Origin: Candidatus Thorarchaeota archaeon
GTDB taxonomy: Archaea; Asgardarchaeota; Thorarchaeia; Thorarchaeales; Thorarchaeaceae
Reading direction: 5' to 3'
Length of the DNA stretch: 44,178 nt
NCBI GenBank assembly: GCA_046758445.1
Contig: JBHIAE010000025.1
Coordinates: forward strand, 1 to 44,178
The position numbers were made by a program, and so were the translations under genes. The notes beneath the pieces were generated by a model that was given only the letters and a program-made list of their open reading frames with translations, made no database searches and was not told the origin of the DNA. Below, in pieces: positions 38,746 through 44,178 of the stretch; within the stretch, counting starts at the first letter, position 1; each line of letters opens with the position of its first letter.

Positions 38746-39462
38746 CTACTCACTCCTTTGCATCCGAAGCTCCATCAGTTTCTCTCCGACCGTGTCAATC
38801 CTATAGGTCAAATCCAGTATGAGAATATAGACAAGTGCAATAGCAAAAAGACTGACCATTAGGGTGATTCCGTGTTCAGCGCTCATCTGAAGTCCACCAA
38901 ATGTGATCACTATTGGATGCAAAGTATTCCAAATGTGAATTGAAATATAGCTCAGAATGACAGCTGGGAACGAAACGATTCCGAATACTGAGCCGTACTG
39001 AGCTCTCACTTCTCGGTCGCTTACAGATGCCCGATATGCTATTAGGCATGCATACACAATCCATAGTATTAGTGTGGTTGTCTGGCGAGGATCCCAATTC
39101 CAGAACGCTCCCCAGGTTGCATTAGCCCATATCATCCCACTAAGCAGGGCAATAGTAGTGAACACCAGCCCAATCTTTGTTGATGCAGCTGCAAGAACAT
39201 CATAACGCATATCCTGTTTCCAAAGATAGAGAACAGAACCGACCAGAGTCGTGCCAAATGCTCCGTAGCCTACAAGCGCAGGTGCTGTGTGCTGAAAGAA
39301 AATCCTGATGCGCTCCCCAAGAGTAAGTTCAGGTGGAGCAAACACCCAGACCATGTAGAGGTAGACAAAGGTCACTATCAAGGACAAGGTGTAGAAAACC
39401 GCGCGTTTTGTGCTCACGTCGACACGTCCTAGTACTGGGGTCGATTCAATTAGAACACTCAT
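38746..39462 (-). CDS. ccmC: Heme exporter/heme-handling protein CcmC
   Basis: RIFFQHTAPA, WWD domain GMIWANATWGAFWNWDPRQTTTLILW, TLHP. Start at ATG 39462 or GTG 39417; the longer track ORF overlaps ccmB. Confidence 0.93.
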   Translation of the reverse strand: MSVLIESTPVLGRVDVSTKRAVFYTLSLIVTFVYLYMVWVFAPPELTLGERIRIFFQHTAPALVGYGAFGTTLVGSVLYLWKQDMRYDVLAAASTKIGLVFTTIALLSGMIWANATWGAFWNWDPRQTTTLILWIVYACLIAYRASVSDREVRAQYGSVFGIVSFPAVILSYISIHIWNTLHPIVITFGGLQMSAEHGITLMVSLFAIALVYILILDLTYRIDTVGEKLMELRMQRSE

Positions 39463-39488
39463 ATGAACATTATGATAGGAGTCAGGTC

Positions 39489-40220
39489 TCAGGATGTTAG
39501 AGTGAAGTGAAATACCGCCCCAGACAGGGTTATCATTGCGAAGAGGTGTCCTAATATCAGCTGGAAAAGCTCGAATAGCCCAGGCCCAATCACCGGAATG
39601 CCAACTGCGAAGATTCTCGTGATCTCTACAAGCAGTATCAGTGCAGAGGTTGCCGTGGGAAAGTAGACCAACGGATATACTGTTGCTTTGGACTCTGCTG
39701 GCATTGTCAATGCAGATGCCATTGCACCAATCGCAGCTAAGTCTAGAGTACCAACGCAAAACATGCTGATGATGACAATGATCGAGATTTCAGAAGAGAA
39801 TGTGAATCCGAGTAGAGCCATAGATATTGGAACAAGGAACATCTCCACAACGCCCATCAGGAAGAATCCGTAGATCACCTTCCCCAGATAAACAGACCAT
39901 GCAGGAACAGGTGCCAGGGACAGACCTCTGAGGGTTCCAGTTTCGGACTCAGAGATGAATACTGGAGCAAACCCAAACATGCCTGCGAAAAAAATGACTA
40001 CCCAGAGCATTCCGCTTCCCATCTGAGAGAGAATATCTTGTCTTAGTTCAGGGTCTCCAACTTGCACAGCAGCAGAGCTAAGTACCATGCCAAGTGCGAA
40101 CACCGCGATTACTGCGAAGAGAAACATCGAGAAGATTTCGAAGCGTTTTCTCATCTGTGCCAAAATGTCTTTCTTCGCTATTGCGAGTGCAGATAACAGA
40201 CCTGATCCCACGTATTCCAC
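39489..40220 (-). CDS. ccmB: Heme exporter permease CcmB
   Basis: IAKKDILAQMR, GMLWVVIFFAGM, FISESETGTLRGLSLAPV...VYLGK, YPLVYFP; lies between ccmA and ccmC. Confidence 0.9.
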   Translation of the reverse strand: MEYVGSGLLSALAIAKKDILAQMRKRFEIFSMFLFAVIAVFALGMVLSSAAVQVGDPELRQDILSQMGSGMLWVVIFFAGMFGFAPVFISESETGTLRGLSLAPVPAWSVYLGKVIYGFFLMGVVEMFLVPISMALLGFTFSSEISIIVIISMFCVGTLDLAAIGAMASALTMPAESKATVYPLVYFPTATSALILLVEITRIFAVGIPVIGPGLFELFQLILGHLFAMITLSGAVFHFTLTS

Positions 40221-40221
40221 C

Positions 40222-40896
40222 TCAAATGACACCGTCGAACTGGGAGATGGGTCCATGACTTAGCACTTTGCCCATTTTCAATGTGATATAATCATCACTC
40301 ATTTCCGAACCAAGAGCTAGATTGTGCGTGGTGAGCAGCACTGTTCTATCTGATCGATGGCTCTCAATGAATTCTTTAAACACCTCTGTAGAATCCTTGT
40401 CAAGTCCTGCAAATGGTTCATCCAGAAGATAGACTTCTGGATCATGAAGGACACTCCGGATGATGTCGAATCGCTTTCTAAGACCCGTAGAGAGTATCTT
40501 GGTTGGTTCGTCAAGCCAGCTTTTCACTCCGAAACGATCAGCGAGGTTCTCGATTCTCTCGTCTGCGACAGACCTAGCAAGACCGTAGAGCGTGCTATAG
40601 AAGCGAAGGTTCTCTCTTCCTGTGAGCTCGCCATAGAGCAGTGGCTTGTCACCCACGACACCAATCTTTTCTTTTACTTTGAGGGGCTCCTCCTGTGTGT
40701 CGAGACTGTAGACCCGGGCATACCCCCCATGCGGCTGAAGGAGCGTAGAGATTACTCTCATGAGAGTGGTCTTGCCTGCGCCGTTAGCTCCGAATAATGC
40801 ATGGATGCCACCTGTAGCTATTGTGAATGAAACATTTCTGAGAGCAACTCTATAGCCGTAGCGTCTCGTAAGCTCGTGGACTTCTATGGCATACAC
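40222..40896 (-). CDS. ccmA: Heme ABC exporter ATP-binding protein CcmA
   Basis: GANGAGKTT, LYGELTGRENLRF, LSTGLRKR, LLDEPFAGLD, TTH; first gene of the ccmABC(D)E operon. Confidence 0.88.
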   Translation of the reverse strand: MYAIEVHELTRRYGYRVALRNVSFTIATGGIHALFGANGAGKTTLMRVISTLLQPHGGYARVYSLDTQEEPLKVKEKIGVVGDKPLLYGELTGRENLRFYSTLYGLARSVADERIENLADRFGVKSWLDEPTKILSTGLRKRFDIIRSVLHDPEVYLLDEPFAGLDKDSTEVFKEFIESHRSDRTVLLTTHNLALGSEMSDDYITLKMGKVLSHGPISQFDGVI

Positions 40897-40966
40897 ATTG
40901 ATTCACCAGTGGTGGTGGTTTGGGACTAACCAACTCCTTTTTAGTCCAGCGGATTCGGTCTATAGT

Positions 40967-42172
40967 ATGCCAAGGGATTCCTATGACGTTGCGGTTGTGG
41001 GCGCCGGTCCTGCAGGTTGCACCGCTGCAAGAGTGATTGCAAAGATGGGCCTCAAAACGGTGGTGCTAGAGAGGCGCAAGCAAATTGGCATTCCGATTCA
41101 ATGCGGAGAATACCTTCCAGCGCCCACAGAGATGCGAGACCTACTTCGAAACTCACCAAGGGCTGCCCGATTAGTCGATATACCAAAGCATCTAGTCACA
41201 AATCGCTGCAAGCGGTTACGGCTTTTCTCTCCCTTGGGCAGTGGCTTTGAATTCAGACTTCATTCCAATATTGTTGACCGAGCAAAATTCGACCAGCACT
41301 TAGCTACTCAGGCAGCCTCAGCAGGGGCTGATTTCCAATTGGAAACAACAGTTTACAGACGGGCTAATTCCAACATTTTGTCAATTCGCGATAGTGAAGG
41401 CAAGCAGGAGATCTCAGCGAAAGTTGTTATTGGAGCAGATGGAGCAACCTCTTTGATGTCACAGTCAATAGGAAATCGATACCAGAACAGAGATAGAGAC
41501 CTTTGTCCATCAATAAACTTTGTAATGGAAGACGTGGAGTGCGATTCCACAACAACTGAGATGTATTTTGGAAGGCAGGTAGCTCCTGGTGGATACGCGT
41601 GGATTATACCGAAGGGCGAGAATACAGCAAACATTGGTTTTGGGATGAGGTGGCCATTTAGCCCATCTAAGGGTTCGTTAAAGGAATATCTCTATAGATT
41701 CATAAGAATGAATCCCCTTGTGGCTCCAAGAACAAGGAAGGCAAAAGTAATCTCAAGGGTAGGTGCGACAATCCCCGTGGGAGGTCCAGTGAGTCGAACG
41801 TTCTCAGATAATGTTGTTCTTGTGGGTGACGCTGCTGGTCACGTGATGGCATCTAATGGAGGCGGAATTCCAACAGCACTTGCTGGAGGTGAGATTGCCG
41901 GAGAAGCTGTTGTCCAACACTTGGAAACTGGACAACCACTCTCATGGTATGAGAAGACTTGGCACGCGGAGTTTAGCACAGAACTCTTCTCGGCTTTGAG
42001 AATCCTACGCATAGCTGACCAAGTAATGACATCAGACACGATAACTGACCAATGCATGCGCCTTGCAGGTGTTAGGTATCTAAAACACCTGATTCGATGC
42101 AGATTGCCAGCTACTGTTGACTTGGCCTCAAAAACCCTTGTTCGGGTGCTTAGCTATTTGGAAACTCCCTAG
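40967..42172 (+). CDS. Geranylgeranyl reductase family FAD-dependent oxidoreductase (DGGGPL reductase-like)
   Basis: DVAVVGAGPAG, QCGE, DRAKFD, IGADG, APGGYAWIIPKG, LVGDAAG...GGGI. Start placed at ATG 40967. Confidence 0.9.
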   Translation: MPRDSYDVAVVGAGPAGCTAARVIAKMGLKTVVLERRKQIGIPIQCGEYLPAPTEMRDLLRNSPRAARLVDIPKHLVTNRCKRLRLFSPLGSGFEFRLHSNIVDRAKFDQHLATQAASAGADFQLETTVYRRANSNILSIRDSEGKQEISAKVVIGADGATSLMSQSIGNRYQNRDRDLCPSINFVMEDVECDSTTTEMYFGRQVAPGGYAWIIPKGENTANIGFGMRWPFSPSKGSLKEYLYRFIRMNPLVAPRTRKAKVISRVGATIPVGGPVSRTFSDNVVLVGDAAGHVMASNGGGIPTALAGGEIAGEAVVQHLETGQPLSWYEKTWHAEFSTELFSALRILRIADQVMTSDTITDQCMRLAGVRYLKHLIRCRLPATVDLASKTLVRVLSYLETP

Positions 42173-43242
42173 TGAATACGTTCGAGAACGAAGTTCGCGA
42201 TTTCTTGGAGCATCGAGATATTCTGGAAATCGTGGCCATCTAGGACATTCTTTGCTCGATCCACGTAGGTCTTGGCAAGCTCTGTGGCATGTTCGATAGC
42301 TTGCGTTTCATCAATGAGCTGGAGCACTATGTCTAGACGTCCCTGATCGAGGGCTTCAAGACACCTCATGCGTTCGGACTCAGAGCAAACCTCTAGAGCA
42401 TGAACAAGTGGATAATTACATCTCTTACCCTTTAGGTCTGACTGCACTGTCTTCCCAGCAACCTGCTGAGATGCTATGACGTCCAAAATGTCATCACGAA
42501 TCTGGTATGCAAATCCCAACATCTCTCCGTATTTCGTCAAAGCCTCTTGCTCTGCTTTTGAGGCTTTCCCAACGAGTGCACCAATTCGAGCAGCCTCTTT
42601 CATAAAGGTGGCAGTCTTGTATTCAACTACACTGAGGTATCTCTTTCGGTTAAACGACTCTGGTCTGTCGTGGCTCATTAAGAAGTCTTCTGCCTCTCCC
42701 TCACACATTCGAATCCCGCCACGACCCAAGTGTACAAGTATCTCTGGAGTCGCCATATCCCCAACGAGCTGCACTGCTTGCGCCACGAGAAGATCACCAG
42801 CTAGCACTGCTATCTTAGCTCCAAACTTCCGGTTGGTACTCTTGGCACCTCGCCGTACAAAATCCTCATCGATGATATCATCGTGGATGAGACTCGCTGT
42901 CTGCAGGAGCTCCGTCGCGAGAGCGAAGGGGAGGACTTCTCTGACGTCCCCTCTTACAGCTTCGCAACATAGGAGTGTTATTAGGGACCGAAGTCGCTTT
43001 CCTCCTGCCAATAGCAGGTGATGGGCTGCATCGTATAGGACAGAAGGATTTCCTCTGTGCTCGTCAAGGAAACGTTTCATCTCTTTATCGATGAGTGTCA
43101 TTCGTGATTGGAGGCTATCATTGTTAAGGAGATCTTCTACGGATACCGCTTCCCCTTCAGAGTCGTTCGATGATGTAGTTGGTCGTTTTGTCTTGTGCAC
43201 GGCTCTCTCTTCCAGACTATCAGACGTTGTTTCTCGTTTCAT
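42169..43242 (-). CDS. Trans-polyprenyl diphosphate synthase (probably medium/long chain)
   Basis: GGKRLR, first Asp-rich motif ASLIHDDIIDED..RRG, AVLAGD, YKTA, second Asp-rich motif YQIRDDILD, GK..SDL. Confidence 0.92.
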   Translation of the reverse strand: MKRETTSDSLEERAVHKTKRPTTSSNDSEGEAVSVEDLLNNDSLQSRMTLIDKEMKRFLDEHRGNPSVLYDAAHHLLLAGGKRLRSLITLLCCEAVRGDVREVLPFALATELLQTASLIHDDIIDEDFVRRGAKSTNRKFGAKIAVLAGDLLVAQAVQLVGDMATPEILVHLGRGGIRMCEGEAEDFLMSHDRPESFNRKRYLSVVEYKTATFMKEAARIGALVGKASKAEQEALTKYGEMLGFAYQIRDDILDVIASQQVAGKTVQSDLKGKRCNYPLVHALEVCSESERMRCLEALDQGRLDIVLQLIDETQAIEHATELAKTYVDRAKNVLDGHDFQNISMLQEIANFVLERIH

Positions 43243-43383
43243 TCTGAAAGCATTTCCAGTGCTTAAACATTTTGGGGAGTACGTGACTGGGTATCCAGTA
43301 TCTTATGAGCCAGCTTCGAAGCATTCAAACCCTGTATAGTAAGTCTTTTGTAGGGGATATTGCGATTTCCGAAGGCGTCAAAG

Positions 43384-43734
43384 ATGTTTTCCAACTACAG
43401 TCCTACTGAACCCAGAAACCAAATCCCAGCTCAACAACATCGACTTCGTATGGTCTGAATGGTATTGGTGATTCTCATTCTGTTTCTCATTTCTAACATC
43501 TCACTTGTATTGGTTAGCACATCCGTGACGTGGGCAATAATGAGCGTCTATCTAACAGTTAGCTTTCTCTTTTCTCTACCAGCTAGCATGTACCTCCATA
43601 TGGATGCGACCATTTCCATTCACTATTTAGATAGAAACCGCAGAGATGACATTTCTTCTGAAAAGAACAAGGCTGTTGAATTCTACAAATTGTCAAAGGT
43701 TCGAATTTGGCACAATAGGCGTTGGCCAAGATGA
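43384..43734 (+). other. Possible small membrane protein or remnant with an in-frame TGA at 43456-43458
   Basis: MFSNYSPTEPRNQIPAQQHRLRMV*MVLVILILFLISNISLVLVST...; two hydrophobic stretches; no recognisable family. Confidence 0.3.
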
Positions 43735-43760
43735 CAATATGTAATTGAGATGTGAGAGCG

Positions 43761-44178
43761 ATGGATATAGGAACGATTTTGCTCTGCGTTACGGTCCTTG
43801 CAGGGATTATTGATGCATTGCTCTTGATTGCTGGATCTCGGCTTGGTATTTACAAAACTCTATCATTCGCTATCGTAATAGTAGGCTCTCTTGCGGCTTT
43901 GAGTACGCTTGTCTGGATGGGTCTTCTGATATTTACAGACAATTTCCAGTATGACTATGTTTATGGAACAACCTCAATCAACACTGACTGGACACTGAAG
44001 CTATCTGCATTATGGGCCGGGCAATCTGGATCCTTAATCTTTTGGACTGTCGTTTTATTCATGCTCTACTTGTGGTTTCGTGTGACTGTGCGAGGTCATG
44101 AGGATGACAAAATCGTGTTTCGAGCCTCCATACTGATGGCATTTCAGATTGTAATGTTGGCGATAAACACACTTGCCG
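43761..44178 (+). CDS. ccmF: Cytochrome c heme lyase CcmF, copy 2 (3'-truncated by the window edge; absent from the ORF track)
   Basis: MDIGTILLCV...NFQYDYVYGTT...LKLSALWAGQSGSLIFW...INTLA aligns without gaps to the first 139 aa of CcmF copy 1, with about 69/139 identities by hand count. Confidence 0.9.
   Translation, partial: MDIGTILLCVTVLAGIIDALLLIAGSRLGIYKTLSFAIVIVGSLAALSTLVWMGLLIFTDNFQYDYVYGTTSINTDWTLKLSALWAGQSGSLIFWTVVLFMLYLWFRVTVRGHEDDKIVFRASILMAFQIVMLAINTLA

Noticed and set aside
39463-39759. Long N-terminal extension of CcmC in the ORF track (similar extensions on ccmB, the reductase, the HTH regulator and dodecin)
   Set aside because: The extensions overlap neighbouring genes or promoters and look non-protein-like; downstream starts fit family lengths and SD sites.
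1499-43339. Numerous 60-180 aa antisense or alternate-frame ORFs in the track (e.g. 23566..24117, 28412..28954, 42476..43021)
   Set aside because: They lie within well-supported genes on the other strand or frame and have no recognisable motifs, so they are shadow ORFs.
1-44178. CRISPR arrays, tRNA/rRNA genes, transposases or integrases
   Set aside because: I saw no regularly spaced repeats, cloverleaf-type motifs or DDE/tyrosine recombinase signatures by eye. A tRNAscan/Infernal run would be needed to exclude small RNAs.

Overview
A 44-kb archaeal chromosomal segment, probably from an Asgard archaeon (Thorarchaeia-like). This placement is inferred from gene content, archaeal TATA-type promoters and protein style, not from a marker gene. 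The left part holds a SpoIIM-domain membrane protein, a 1944-aa surface glycoprotein with a structured 5' leader, and an accessory stretch (8.8-16.9 kb) with four decayed genes, a nucleotidyltransferase/small-ORF pair, an ABC exporter and dodecin. The middle is housekeeping: mutL, mutS, tal, rpe, two amidohydrolases, and an ABC exporter with a membrane-anchored HTH regulator. The right part (30.8-44.2 kb) is the most notable: a membrane-anchored multiheme cytochrome c with 7 canonical CxxCH motifs plus two non-canonical ones (CxxCM and CX5CH). Next to it lie a variant System I maturation set (ccmABC, an internally duplicated CcmD-like gene, CxxxY-type ccmE), two divergent ccmF heme-lyase paralogs, a geranylgeranyl reductase and a probable long-chain polyprenyl synthase. 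No rRNA, tRNA, CRISPR array or transposase was recognised. All assignments come from reading motifs by eye; no database searches were run.
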